Shown here: one piece after another, positions 9,853 to 19,747 of the stretch
How positions within the stretch are numbered: position 1 is the stretch's first letter
Layout of the letters: each line of letters opens with the position of its first letter
Virus record (IMG/VR): IMGVR_UViG_2865833183_000001
Coordinates: 1-64,000 of that record
DNA length: 64,000 nt
Origin: a virus
Lineage: Duplodnaviria > Caudoviricetes
Direction: 5' to 3' (one strand)
Program-made: the position numbers and the translations under genes
The notes under the pieces: generated by a model
Databases searched by the model: none
Told to the model about the DNA's origin: nothing
What the model saw: only the letters and a program-made list of their open reading frames with translations

Positions 9853-10353
9853 GTGTCCGACCACAACGATATCGACTCGCCAATCGCCGTCCTGTCCGAA
9901 TCGATCAAGATCTGCAAGCAGTGCGGTGCAACCAAGCCCGAGACCGCCTTTCACAGCCGCGGTCCAGGCAAAGGCCGTAAGCCGGTCTGCGCCGAGTGCC
10001 GAAACAAGAGCCGGAAGAAGCGGCAGGAGACGCCTCAGCAGCGACTCGAGCGAAAGCTCTGGGAGGAATACAGGCTCACCCTCACCCAGTACTTGGCTCT
10101 CGCGGACGCGCAAGGCGGCGTGTGTGTCATCTGCAGAAGGGCGCCCAACGGAGGCACACGACTCTACGTCGATCACTGCCACACCACGGGAGTTGTTCGA
10201 GCCCTTCTCTGCAACCCCTGCAACTTGATGATCGGCGTCTACGAGAACCACCACCGGACAGCGACCGAGTACCTCGCCGTGTACGGGGCTGGCAATCCGC
10301 TGTTGATCACCCCCGGCACGCCATCCGCCCGGATCGACGAGCCCCCGTCCTAG
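9853..10353 (+). CDS. Endonuclease VII-like (His-Me) nuclease with N-terminal Zn finger
   Basis: CKQC..CAEC; QGGVCVIC..LYVDHCHTTGVVRALLCNPCN. Confidence 0.85.
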   Translation: MSDHNDIDSPIAVLSESIKICKQCGATKPETAFHSRGPGKGRKPVCAECRNKSRKKRQETPQQRLERKLWEEYRLTLTQYLALADAQGGVCVICRRAPNGGTRLYVDHCHTTGVVRALLCNPCNLMIGVYENHHRTATEYLAVYGAGNPLLITPGTPSARIDEPPS

Positions 10354-10429
10354 TCCTACCCGAGCCGCCCGCACCCGTAATGCGGGCGGCCCACCCCTCC
10401 ACGGAACCACACCCGGAAGGACACCCACC

Positions 10430-10798
10430 ATGACCCGCCGCCTCACGCCCGCCGAGCGCCTCGCCGCCGTCGCCAAGGACCAGCTGCTCGACGACATCGT
10501 CCGCCAGTCCGAGTGGTCCCAGTTCCTCGTCGAGCAGGCCGTATTCGCGTTCTGCCTCGCCAACGGAACCGTCAGCGCCAACGACCTCCGGGAAGTCCTG
10601 CCCGAGCTGGGCCACGGCTTCATCGGCGCCGCCATCAACTCGATGCGGACCGCCCGCATCATCACCCACACCGGGCAGGTCGTCCCCTCGACCAGCGAGG
10701 CCACCCACGGCCACCGCCTGGCCGTCTGGCAGCTGACCGACAAAGGGCGGGCCATAGCCGCACAGCGGCGCGCACGGCCGGCGGAGACGGCCGCATGA
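10430..10798 (+). CDS. Hypothetical protein (winged-helix-like)
   Basis: RBS GAAGGA; SANDLR..HGH motif. Confidence 0.65.
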   Translation: MTRRLTPAERLAAVAKDQLLDDIVRQSEWSQFLVEQAVFAFCLANGTVSANDLREVLPELGHGFIGAAINSMRTARIITHTGQVVPSTSEATHGHRLAVWQLTDKGRAIAAQRRARPAETAA

Positions 10799-11043
10799 GC
10801 CCCGCCCTGGCCCTCGCCCTCCACGCCGCCGCCTTCCTGGCCACCGGCTGGGCCGCCGCCCGGATCATCCGCCGGCACCACCGCCGCCAGGCAGCCGACC
10901 GCATCACCCGCGCACGAGCCCGCGCCCGCCTCCCCGAAGAGATGTTCCTCCTCGGCCGCGACCAGCTCGGACCCGACGACGACTGGGCCCACCAACTACT
11001 CCGCGACATCCGCCACCTGCCCACCACAAAGGGGGACCGATGA
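10795..11043 (+). CDS. Membrane-anchored hypothetical protein
   Basis: ATGA overlap, N-terminal TM. Confidence 0.55.
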   Translation: MSPALALALHAAAFLATGWAAARIIRRHHRRQAADRITRARARARLPEEMFLLGRDQLGPDDDWAHQLLRDIRHLPTTKGDR

Positions 11044-11804
11044 CCACCGCCACCCACCCGCGAACGTGCCACTGCGAAAACTGCGACCGTCGCCGCCGCC
11101 GAGCCAAGAAGCAACGCGCACTCAACCGGCACCTCGGCATCCCCAACAGGCTGGACCCCACCCTCGCCCGCCACCACCTCGCAAAGCTGCGCCAGACCAT
11201 GAGCTGGGTCCACATCGCCGAAGCCAGCGGATGCAGCGCCGCCCACCTCCGCAACATCGCCGCTGGCCGCATGTCGCAAATCAACCGCCAAACCCACGAA
11301 AAGATCATGGCGGTGCAGCCTGCGGAGCGGCGAGACAGCGGCTTCTACATCGACGCCACGGGGTCCGTCCGCCGCGTCCGAGCGCTCATGGCCATCGGTC
11401 ACAGCCAGTACGCCATCGCCGAGGCAGCCAAAACAGCCACATGTCGCGTCTGGCGCCTCGCGCAAGGCCAGGCGACCATGCGCCAGAAACTCGCCGACAA
11501 GATCGAGCACGCGTACAAGCAGCTCGCCCACACCCCAGGCACCTCCACCCGCGCACGATCAATAGCCGCGGCCGGCGACTGGCGCGACCCCCTTTGGTGG
11601 GAAGACATGGGCGGCATCGACGACCCCCAGGCGCCCGAACACGACATCCCCACGCCCCGCCACATCGTCATCGGCGAGAACGCCCTCGAACTGGAAGCGC
11701 AGGGCTACAGCCGCCAGCACGCGGCCCAGCGGCTCGGCGTCAGCCTCAGCACCCTCGAGACCAACATCCGCCGCTACCGGCAGTCACTCCAGCAAGCCGC
11801 CTAG
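11040..11804 (+). CDS. Multi-HTH DNA-binding protein
   Basis: CHCENC; IAEASGCS, RRVRALMAIGHS, AAQRLGVS HTH segments. Confidence 0.75.
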   Translation: MTTATHPRTCHCENCDRRRRRAKKQRALNRHLGIPNRLDPTLARHHLAKLRQTMSWVHIAEASGCSAAHLRNIAAGRMSQINRQTHEKIMAVQPAERRDSGFYIDATGSVRRVRALMAIGHSQYAIAEAAKTATCRVWRLAQGQATMRQKLADKIEHAYKQLAHTPGTSTRARSIAAAGDWRDPLWWEDMGGIDDPQAPEHDIPTPRHIVIGENALELEAQGYSRQHAAQRLGVSLSTLETNIRRYRQSLQQAA

Positions 11805-11889
11805 CCCGGCCGGCCCGCACGCCAGCCCCACACGACAAACGCCCCGCGGGACGCCACGGGGCCCAGCCGACCGACCAGGAGATCAACCC

Positions 11890-12579
11890 GTGCATATCGA
11901 ACGCTTCACCAACGCCGAGTTCGACATCGAGGTCCTGCCTCGGGACACCTCGTTCATCGTCCTCGCATCAGGGCTGGCCAAGGGGCTCGGCTACCGCGAC
12001 GCGCATCGGCTCGTCGAATCCCTCCCGCCCGCAGAGAAGGGGTACACGTTGGCGTGTACCCCTGGCGGTGACCAGCGGGTTTGGCACGTTACTGAGCCAG
12101 GCTTCTACCGCGTTATTGGCCAACGGCAGACGTCGAGGATCAAGGACGGCTTCGTCCGGGACCAGGTCGACCGGTTCCAACATTGGGTCTTCCACGACGT
12201 CCTCCCGTCGCTGCGCCAGCACGGCCACTACAGCCCGCCCGTGCCCGGCAACTTTCCCGAGCCCGATGTCCTCACCTGGGACACCGCCGCCGCACACCTG
12301 CGCCAGCGGTACGGAATGCCCATCGACGACGCCATCAAGCTCCGCGAGCGCCTCACCGACGCCGGAGTCCTCAGACTCACCGGAACGCCTCGCAAGGAGT
12401 ACCGGGACCTGTTCTGGCCTGTCGGCCGACGCTTCGACATCCACGTGCACGCTCTGCCGATCCTCGCCGGCCGCGTCGCCCAAGAGCTCTACCGGCTCGC
12501 CGAGGCTCAATCCGGAGTGCAGACCGCACTCGAACTCGACGCCGTAGCCCGACGCGCGCTCGAAGACGGACGCCAGTAG
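11890..12579 (+). CDS. BRO-N domain antirepressor-like protein
   Basis: LAKGLGYRDA..TPGGDQ..VTEPGFYR..FQHWVFHDVLPSLRQHGHY. Confidence 0.85.
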   Translation: MHIERFTNAEFDIEVLPRDTSFIVLASGLAKGLGYRDAHRLVESLPPAEKGYTLACTPGGDQRVWHVTEPGFYRVIGQRQTSRIKDGFVRDQVDRFQHWVFHDVLPSLRQHGHYSPPVPGNFPEPDVLTWDTAAAHLRQRYGMPIDDAIKLRERLTDAGVLRLTGTPRKEYRDLFWPVGRRFDIHVHALPILAGRVAQELYRLAEAQSGVQTALELDAVARRALEDGRQ

Positions 12580-12636
12580 CCGCACACGACAAAGCCCCGC
12601 CACACGGCGGGGCAAGGAGGGGAGGAAGCGATGACG

Positions 12637-12930
12637 TCAGGACGGGAACATCAGCCGGACCAGGTCCGTGCCGAGCGCCTCCTGCTGGGCGGGTGTGAGT
12701 TTTCGCGTGGCCGCCTCGAGCCGCTTCATGAACGCCCTGTCCTTCTCCGCCTGGTCGTAGAAGTCGGGCGTCACCAGGTAGGCGCGGCGTCGGCCGCGCA
12801 CGGTGAGTGCGCTGACGAGGTCGTCTTCTCGTGCCTGCTCGATGAGCCGCGTGAGAAGCGGTCGCGCAATCGTCAGCGGCACCTCCTGCACGCCGTCCTC
12901 GGCGATCTCCGGTTCCTGGTCCGTGGCCAT
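12637..12930 (-). CDS. Phd/YefM-like antitoxin, no adjacent toxin
   Basis: VPLTIARPLLTRLIEQA...LTVRGRRRAYLV; leaderless -10 TACACT. Confidence 0.6.
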   Translation of the reverse strand: MATDQEPEIAEDGVQEVPLTIARPLLTRLIEQAREDDLVSALTVRGRRRAYLVTPDFYDQAEKDRAFMKRLEAATRKLTPAQQEALGTDLVRLMFPS

Positions 12931-13096
12931 GGTGAGAGTGTAAGGCATTTTCACTCTGGCGCGAGTCACCAAAGTTGTAAGTTTGGTAAGCTTGGAAACG
13001 TCAAGGGCAAGGACCGTGCCCTGCTGAAGCCCCCGTGAGGGCTGCCCAGAAACAGCCCCGACCAGCAGAGACATCCCTCCCCGAGAAGAGACTCAC

Positions 13097-14002
13097 GTGA
13101 GTAAAGAGGCCATGGACTGGGCTATGGAGTACGCCCCACCAATGCCGTCGCAGCTGGTCGCCACGCTGAGCGGACTCGCGCGGCACGCCGACAAGCACGG
13201 CCGCGGCGCCTTCCCGTCCGTGGCCCGACTCGCTGCCTACGCGTGCAAGGCGGAGCGCTCCGTTCAGCGCGACCTCAAGCAGCTTCGCGCCCTCGGATTC
13301 ATCCGCCTCGGCGACCAAAGCAAGGCCGCCCACCTCCCCGAAGGCAAACGCCCCGACGTCTACGACCTGGCCATGGAACGCACTGTTCCAGGGGGCCGTG
13401 CCAGCGCAGATGAGGTGACGCGGGCGTCACGGGTGACGCTGGCGTCATCCCGTCGCAGGGGCGGCAAAAAAAAGACCAGCTCAGGCGAGCCCTCGGAGCT
13501 AGGGACCGGTGACGTCCACGTCACCCCTGACGCCCACGTCACCGGTGACGTCCACGTCGCGGATGGGGTGACGTCCACGTCACAGGAGGGGCGACGCCCA
13601 CGTCACCCAAACCAAAAGACTGAACCTAAAGCTGAACCAAAAGACTCTTATGGCGCGCGCGAGCCGCAAGCCGACGACGAACGTGACTACCGCTGGCCCG
13701 CCTTCGGCGAGTTCTGGGTTTGCTACCCGCGCAGCAAGCAGATCGAGAAAGCCAAGCGCGCCTGGTGCGACGCACTCGACCGCGGCGCTGACCCCGACCT
13801 GATCGTCAAGGCCGCCAAGGCATACGCCCACGAACGCCACGGCCAAGACCCTCGGTACACGCCGTACCCCGCCCGCTGGCTCGACGACGGCCGCTACGAA
13901 GACCAGCCCGACCCCGAGCCGCGATCCAACAGCGGCCCCGACGCCGAGACCGCACCCCGCTACATGACCGAAGAGGAGAAGCAGCGTGCACTCCAGTTCT
14001 GA
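13097..14002 (+). CDS. Phage replication initiator (HTH, lambda O-like)
   Basis: MSKEAMDWA..AFPSVARLA; FWVCYPR; internal iterons; upstream of DnaC/DnaB. Confidence 0.85.
   Translation: MSKEAMDWAMEYAPPMPSQLVATLSGLARHADKHGRGAFPSVARLAAYACKAERSVQRDLKQLRALGFIRLGDQSKAAHLPEGKRPDVYDLAMERTVPGGRASADEVTRASRVTLASSRRRGGKKKTSSGEPSELGTGDVHVTPDAHVTGDVHVADGVTSTSQEGRRPRHPNQKTEPKAEPKDSYGAREPQADDERDYRWPAFGEFWVCYPRSKQIEKAKRAWCDALDRGADPDLIVKAAKAYAHERHGQDPRYTPYPARWLDDGRYEDQPDPEPRSNSGPDAETAPRYMTEEEKQRALQF
13415..13646. repeat. Replication origin: 7 palindromic iterons GTGACG-N4-CGTCAC plus A-rich repeats
   Basis: Copies at 13415, 13433, 13509, 13527, 13545, 13568, 13591, then AACCAAAAGAC-like x3. Confidence 0.8.
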
Positions 14003-14603
14003 CCTGCCCAGCCGCCGCGATGGCGTGCTCATCGAGCGGCAGGTCATCGCGCTCAACCGCTTCGACGACCGCATCCCCGTCATCTACCGCCAGCCCATCA
14101 ACCTGCCCGAAGACGTCGCCAAGTGGATCGCAGGCTGGGGCGGGTCGAGCCTGTTCCTCACAGGCGCGATCGGTGTCGGCAAGACCTGCACCGCGTGGCA
14201 GACGTGCCGCCGCTGGCTCCAGGCCCAGTACGCCCCGGGCGAGCCGTGGCAGGGAACCCCGACCATCCAGACGTGGCGGTCGACGGCCCTGTTCGACGCA
14301 CTCCGCCCTGACGCAGGGGAGGGCGAGGGCCGAACCCTGCTGCGGCAACTGCAGCGGTGCGACCTGCTGTTCATCGACGACCTGGCCGCAGCGCGCGCCT
14401 CCTCGTGGACGCAGGAGCGACTGTTCGAGCTGTTCGACGAGCGGTACATCAACCGACGCCCCGTGATCATCACCAGCGATGTGGTCCCCGCGAAACTCAC
14501 GGAGGTCACCGGGCCGCGCGTCGCCTCCCGGCTCGCCGAAATGTGCCGCGGCAGCGTCGTCCTCCTCGAGGGCTACGACCGCCGCAAGGGAGTCGCCGCG
14601 TGA
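13986..14603 (+). CDS. DnaC/IstB-like helicase loader
   Basis: GAIGVGKT, LLFIDDL, ERY..RRPVIITS, RVASRL. Confidence 0.9.
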   Translation: MHSSSDLPSRRDGVLIERQVIALNRFDDRIPVIYRQPINLPEDVAKWIAGWGGSSLFLTGAIGVGKTCTAWQTCRRWLQAQYAPGEPWQGTPTIQTWRSTALFDALRPDAGEGEGRTLLRQLQRCDLLFIDDLAAARASSWTQERLFELFDERYINRRPVIITSDVVPAKLTEVTGPRVASRLAEMCRGSVVLLEGYDRRKGVAA

Positions 14604-15970
14604 CCACCGAAATCGACATGTGGGGCCCCGACCAGCCCTCCCCGACGCAGTCCATGCCCGCCGACCGCGAAGCCGAGCAGATCCTCGCAGCGTCGGTAAT
14701 GGCCCGCACCCAACTCATCGACGACCTCGCCGCCAACGGCTTCGACCCCGCAGACATCAGCGACGAGCGCTACCGGTGGGTCTGGTACGCCGTCGAAGAC
14801 CTCTCCAGCAACCTGGCCGCCGGAGAGATCCGCTGGGAAGCCGTCGCCCGCAAGCTCGCAGCCTGGCACGCCGAAGGCCGCATGGTCACCATGCCGCTCG
14901 ACAGCGACCAACTCGCCGAGCTGTACAACCATGCGATGCCCGGCTCCGCCGACTACTGGGCCGAACGCGTCACCCGCGTCGCCATCGCGGCCCGCACCGC
15001 ATCCCTCGGCGTCACTATGCGAGTCAAAGCCACCTCGCCGGCGTTCGACCCGGACTCGGATATTGCCGAGATGCAGGCCGAGATCGACAACCTGGTCCGG
15101 CCGACCGCCATCTCGCAGGCGTCCACGCTCGGCGAGCTACTTCCCGACGTGCTGAAGCGGGCCACCACCCCGCCCAGCAACGAGGATCGCATCCCCACCG
15201 GGTTCATCGATCTCGACCATCTGCTGTGCGGTGGCTTCGCACCCGGGCAGCTCGTGGTTGTCGCGGCACGTCCGGCAATCGGGAAGTCGACACTCGCCCA
15301 CAACTTCGCCTATGCCGCGGCAGTCAAGAACAAGATCCCCACGTATTTTGCGTCGCTCGAGATGGGCAAGGAGGAACTCGCCGCGAGCATCATGTGCGCG
15401 GCCGTCACCATCCCGCTGCACCACTTGAAGCAGGGCATCGTCGATGACACCGTCATGGCCCGCGCCGCGTCCATGGCCCCCGAGTTGGCCCAGGCTCCAC
15501 TGCAGCTCGACGACAACCCGCTCGTCACCCTGCCCGGTCTGCGCGCCGTCGTCCGCACCCTGGTCCGCGTGTTCGGCCTGCGCTACCTGATCGTCGACTA
15601 CCTGCAGCTGATGCAAGCGCCGCGCGCTGAATCCCGCCAGGTCGCGGTGTCGCTGCTCTCCCGCGGGCTGAAGCTCCTCGCGAAGGAGTTCGGCATCACC
15701 GTCGTCATGCTCGCCCAGCTCAACCGCGGGCCCGAGCAGCGCACCGACAAGAAGCCGATGGTGTCCGACCTGCGGGAGTCCGGGTCGATCGAGCAGGACG
15801 CCGACATCGTGATCCTTCTGCACCGCGAGGACGCATACGACAAGGAATCCCCACGGGCAGGCGAGGCCGACCTGATCGTCGGCAAGCATCGGGGCGGGCC
15901 CACCGCGACGATCACCTGCGCCTTCCAAGGCCACTATGCACGTTTCGTAGACATGGCCGCCGACCTGTGA
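14600..15970 (+). CDS. dnaB: Replicative DNA helicase
   Basis: AARPAIGKS, SLEM, IVDYLQLM, LAQLNR, DLRESGSIEQDAD. Confidence 0.95.
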   Translation: MTTEIDMWGPDQPSPTQSMPADREAEQILAASVMARTQLIDDLAANGFDPADISDERYRWVWYAVEDLSSNLAAGEIRWEAVARKLAAWHAEGRMVTMPLDSDQLAELYNHAMPGSADYWAERVTRVAIAARTASLGVTMRVKATSPAFDPDSDIAEMQAEIDNLVRPTAISQASTLGELLPDVLKRATTPPSNEDRIPTGFIDLDHLLCGGFAPGQLVVVAARPAIGKSTLAHNFAYAAAVKNKIPTYFASLEMGKEELAASIMCAAVTIPLHHLKQGIVDDTVMARAASMAPELAQAPLQLDDNPLVTLPGLRAVVRTLVRVFGLRYLIVDYLQLMQAPRAESRQVAVSLLSRGLKLLAKEFGITVVMLAQLNRGPEQRTDKKPMVSDLRESGSIEQDADIVILLHREDAYDKESPRAGEADLIVGKHRGGPTATITCAFQGHYARFVDMAADL

Positions 15971-16203
15971 CCGCCCAATTCGACGCCGCTGACATCGCGG
16001 CCATGCGTGCCGAGGGAAGTCTCGACGAATTCCTCCGCCTCCTCGTCGGCAAGACCGCGCCCCAGCCCAAACCGGCTGCCAAAGACGAGCCGCCCGCCTA
16101 CCACATCGCCCGCCCCGGGGCCTGGCCCTGCGGCACCGCAGCAACCGGCCCCACACCCGGACCCTGCTGCCCCGACTGCCAGCAGAAGGGAGACCAGTCG
16201 TGA
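15967..16203 (+). CDS. Hypothetical protein
   Basis: GTGA overlap. Confidence 0.6.
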   Translation: MTAQFDAADIAAMRAEGSLDEFLRLLVGKTAPQPKPAAKDEPPAYHIARPGAWPCGTAATGPTPGPCCPDCQQKGDQS

Positions 16204-16397
16204 CGCTCACCGACTCCTGCCCGTCGTGCCTCCGCCGCGGCATAGCCCCCGCCGCCACCCGCTGGCGCAGCAACCGCATCGTCCACGGCTACCGATGCCC
16301 CCGCTGCGGCGCTACCTGGACCACCACCCGGGACCTGACCGCCTACTCCGACCTGCACACCCGCCGCACCCAGCAGCCCAACAGGAAGGCCGCCTGA
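16200..16397 (+). CDS. Zinc-ribbon protein
   Basis: CPSC...YRCPRCG..W. Confidence 0.65.
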   Translation: MTLTDSCPSCLRRGIAPAATRWRSNRIVHGYRCPRCGATWTTTRDLTAYSDLHTRRTQQPNRKAA

Positions 16398-18127
16398 TGT
16401 ACCGACACGACAACGACGCGCTGACCGTCATGGACTGGTTCTGCGGAGCCGGCGGCAGCAGCCAGGGAGCCCACGCCGTCCCCGGACTCCGGGTAACCCG
16501 CGCCGCCAACCACTGGGAGCGGGCGATCGAATCCCACGCCGCGAACTTCCCGGAGACCGACCACTACCGCGGCGACATCCGCCAGGCCCCCGTGTGGGCG
16601 TGGCCCGTGACCGATCTCTTCTGGGCCTCCCCGGAGTGCACCAACTGGTCCGTGGCGAAGGGCAAGAAGCGGGACTTCATCAACGCCATGCAGGGCGACC
16701 TGCTGGACCTGTACGCGGAAATGGAACGCGAGAAGTTCGAGGCCGACGACGACGGCGGACCGTCCCTCGAGGAGGAGTCACGCGCCCTGATGGAGGAGGT
16801 GCCGCTGTACCTGCGCGGCGTCATAGAGCGCGGCGGCCTGGTCAAGGCCGGGGTGGTCGAGAATGTCGTCGACGTCCGCGCCTGGGACGAGTGGGACCGC
16901 TGGATCGGCGAGATCCACAAAATGGGCTACAAGACTCGGATCATCGCCCTCAACAGCATGCACGCCAACCCGCGCAGCGTGCACAAGGCGCCGCAGTCCC
17001 GCGACCGGCTGTACGTCGGGTACTGGCACGAGTCTCTGCGCCGCACGCCGGACTGGGACAAGTGGCTGCGGCCCCGCGCTTGGTGCGAGCCGTGCGGCGA
17101 GTGGGTGCAGGCCGTGCAGTCGTGGAAGCGTCCCGGTGTCGACATGGGCCGGTACCGCCAGCAGTACGTGTACCGGTGCCCTCGCACCGCGTGCCGGAAC
17201 AGCGTGGTGGAGCCGGAGGCGCTGCCCGCGCTGGCGGCGATCGACTGGTCGATCCCGGGCCAGCGGATCGGTGACCGGGCCAAGCCGCTGGCGGCGAAGA
17301 CCCTGGCTCGCATCCAGGCCGGGCTGGAGAAGTTCGCCCGCCCGGTGCCGATGATGGTCCCCGCTGGCGGCACCTGGCGGAACGAGGCGGCCAGCGTCCT
17401 CGACCCGATGCCGACCCGGACCACGCGCGAGAACGACGGCCTGGCCGTGCCGCCGCTTCTCATCCCTGTCGAAGGACGGGACGGCAAGGAAGCGAACTCC
17501 GCGAATCTCCCGCTCCGCACCCAGACCGCGCGTAACGAAACGGGCCTCGCGTGGCTGCCGTTCATTGCCGAGCTCCGCGGTGGCGGCAGCGTCGCCCGCT
17601 CGGTTTCGGAGGCTCTGGCCACCGTCACCGCTTCCGGCAACCACCACGGCCTCGTCACCCCGAACATCCCCGGGTTTGTTATGCGGAACAACGGCTCCAA
17701 GGGCGATGGCGGGGAGCACTGCACGCCGGCTAGCGAGCCGTTCCGGACGATGACCACCACTGGGCACCAGTCCCTGATCACCTGGGAGCACCTGCTCGTC
17801 CCGTACTACGGCAATGGGACTGCCCGCCCGGTGAGCGAGCCGATCGGTGCGCTGACGACCCGCGACCGGTACGCCCTGGTGCACGGCGAGCCAGCCATTG
17901 AGGACGTGCTGTTCCGCATGCTGGAGCCGCACGAGATCGGCCGCGCGATGTCGTTCGCGGACGACTACGTCGTCCTCGGGTCGAAGCGGGAGCGGGTGCG
18001 CCAGTACGGCAACGCCGTGACACCCAATGCCGCCGAGGTGCTGCTGTGTGCCCTCGTCGAGTGCATCACCGGCGAGGAGATCAGCCGGTACGCCGAGCCT
18101 GCCCCGGAACTGGGGGTGGCCGCGTGA
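16397..18127 (+). CDS. DNA (cytosine-5) methyltransferase
   Basis: FCGAGG, SPEC, ENV, QSRDR, YGNAV motifs. Confidence 0.92.
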   Translation: MYRHDNDALTVMDWFCGAGGSSQGAHAVPGLRVTRAANHWERAIESHAANFPETDHYRGDIRQAPVWAWPVTDLFWASPECTNWSVAKGKKRDFINAMQGDLLDLYAEMEREKFEADDDGGPSLEEESRALMEEVPLYLRGVIERGGLVKAGVVENVVDVRAWDEWDRWIGEIHKMGYKTRIIALNSMHANPRSVHKAPQSRDRLYVGYWHESLRRTPDWDKWLRPRAWCEPCGEWVQAVQSWKRPGVDMGRYRQQYVYRCPRTACRNSVVEPEALPALAAIDWSIPGQRIGDRAKPLAAKTLARIQAGLEKFARPVPMMVPAGGTWRNEAASVLDPMPTRTTRENDGLAVPPLLIPVEGRDGKEANSANLPLRTQTARNETGLAWLPFIAELRGGGSVARSVSEALATVTASGNHHGLVTPNIPGFVMRNNGSKGDGGEHCTPASEPFRTMTTTGHQSLITWEHLLVPYYGNGTARPVSEPIGALTTRDRYALVHGEPAIEDVLFRMLEPHEIGRAMSFADDYVVLGSKRERVRQYGNAVTPNAAEVLLCALVECITGEEISRYAEPAPELGVAA

Positions 18128-18303
18128 CTGCCGACGCCTACCTCGTCATCCTCTGCGACCGCGCTGGCTGCGACACCGAGGGGCACTGGCCTGTGCGCTT
18201 CGAGCCGCACACGCACCGCGAGCTCCGCCGGCTGCTGAAGAAGCACCGCGGCTGGCGCCGGACCCGTGACGGGCGCGACCTGTGCCCCGACCACGCCGCT
18301 TGA
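18124..18303 (+). CDS. Small zinc-binding protein
   Basis: CD..GC...GW...DLCPDH. Confidence 0.6.
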   Translation: MTADAYLVILCDRAGCDTEGHWPVRFEPHTHRELRRLLKKHRGWRRTRDGRDLCPDHAA

Positions 18304-18373
18304 CGCACGACGGGCCGCCTCCGGGGCTATCGGAGGCGGCCACCCACCAATCCCACCACATGAGGAGGCCACC

Positions 18374-18637
18374 GTGTTCGCCCTGTCGCACGACCCGCAG
18401 TACGTGACCTTGGCCCGCAGCGACTACGAATGGCTGCTCGCCTGCTACTGGTCGCCTCTGACCGGCATGCGGGACGTCGCCGCGAACCTGATCACCGAGT
18501 GGGGCCACGACCCGGCCGACCACCCGGAGCTGCTCGACGACATGGAGATCGAGCTGTCCGGCGCCCTCATCGACACCGCGGCCGACCTGATGCGCGACCG
18601 CGGTCTGCCAGATCTCCGCGTCGCCCCCGCCGCCTGA
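18374..18637 (+). CDS. Hypothetical protein
   Basis: RBS GAGGAGG. Confidence 0.65.
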   Translation: MFALSHDPQYVTLARSDYEWLLACYWSPLTGMRDVAANLITEWGHDPADHPELLDDMEIELSGALIDTAADLMRDRGLPDLRVAPAA

Positions 18638-18720
18638 ACCCCCTGGTCACGGCGGCCAACACCGGCCGCCGTGACCGCCACCGATAAACAACGCACGCTG
18701 AATGACGGACGGAGAACCCG

Positions 18721-19194
18721 ATGACCATCTACGTGGACGAGATCCGCGACTACACCCTGATCGCGAAGGCCCGGCGTCTGCGGCACACGCATTGGTCCCA
18801 CCTCACCGCCGACACCGAGGAGGAACTGCACGAGTTCGCCAAGCGCCTGGGGCTGCGCCGCTCCTGGTTCCAGAAGAAGTCCGACCGTGACTACCGCTGG
18901 CACTACGACATCGTCCCGTCGAAGCGGGCCGCCGCCGTGCGCATGGGTGCGGTGGAGATCGACCGGCACGGTGTGGTGGCCCTAATGGACGCCCGCCGCG
19001 CCGCCGCCGGACTGGAGTCGGGCGACGCCGTGTTCCAGCGGGTGCTCGACAAGGCCGCCGCTGCCGGTGAGGTCAGCGAGGTTGGCCCCCGCTGCGGCAA
19101 CAACCCGAACGTGAAGCTCTCCGAGGGCGATCGGACGGCCGTGGACGAGTTCATGGCGTACCTGCGTGAGCGCCGGGCGGGTGAGGCGTCGTGA
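18721..19194 (+). CDS. DUF4031-like protein
   Basis: MTIYVD..WSHLTADT.EELH.FA..LGL.RSWFQ..HYD. Confidence 0.85.
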   Translation: MTIYVDEIRDYTLIAKARRLRHTHWSHLTADTEEELHEFAKRLGLRRSWFQKKSDRDYRWHYDIVPSKRAAAVRMGAVEIDRHGVVALMDARRAAAGLESGDAVFQRVLDKAAAAGEVSEVGPRCGNNPNVKLSEGDRTAVDEFMAYLRERRAGEAS

Positions 19195-19412
19195 CCGACC
19201 AGTCTCCGGCTGCCCTGTTGCGGGCCGCCGCCGAGAAGGTACGCCAGTGGGCCACCGAGGCCACGTCTGACCCGTGGGCGCCAGGAGCAGCCACTACGTT
19301 CGGGCCCGAACTCGCCGCGTGGCTGGACAGTGCGGCCGTGGACGCCGAGCAGATCGGCGCGGACCCCCGGGCCATGGCTACGGCCCGCCGGATCCTCGGG
19401 GCCGAGTCGTGA
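19191..19412 (+). CDS. Hypothetical protein
   Basis: GTGA overlap. Confidence 0.6.
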   Translation: MTDQSPAALLRAAAEKVRQWATEATSDPWAPGAATTFGPELAAWLDSAAVDAEQIGADPRAMATARRILGAES

Positions 19413-19747
19413 CCGGGCCGCACCTCAGCCCGAGGGAACAAATCGTCCTCCGTCGCTTCTCTGAAGGTGCCACCTGCTCACGCATCGCCCACGAGCTTGG
19501 GATCTCCGAAGTGTCCCTGCGGGTGTACTCCCACCGCATGCGGAAGGCCCTTGGGGCTCGCAGCATCGCCCATGCGGTTCTTCTGGGTTGCCGGGCGGGC
19601 CTGTTGGACGGCCAGCCGCAGCGGCACGGGGACCACGCGGGCTACACGGCGCACCTCCGCCGCGGCGAGGAGCCGTGCGAGCCGTGCCGACTGGGGGAGC
19701 GGGCGTACCGCAGCACCCAGCGGGCCGGGAACCGGGAGGTGGCGTGA
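19409..19747 (+). CDS. LuxR-type HTH regulator with C-terminal H..H..C..C motif
   Basis: LSPREQIVL..IAHELGISE..LGARSIAHAV. Confidence 0.8.
   Translation: MTGPHLSPREQIVLRRFSEGATCSRIAHELGISEVSLRVYSHRMRKALGARSIAHAVLLGCRAGLLDGQPQRHGDHAGYTAHLRRGEEPCEPCRLGERAYRSTQRAGNREVA

Noticed and set aside
13415-13606. Mini-CRISPR or protein repeat
   Set aside because: Spacers of only a few bases inside the initiator gene; iterons explain it
16397-18127. Restriction-modification system
   Set aside because: No cognate restriction enzyme nearby; typical orphan phage methyltransferase
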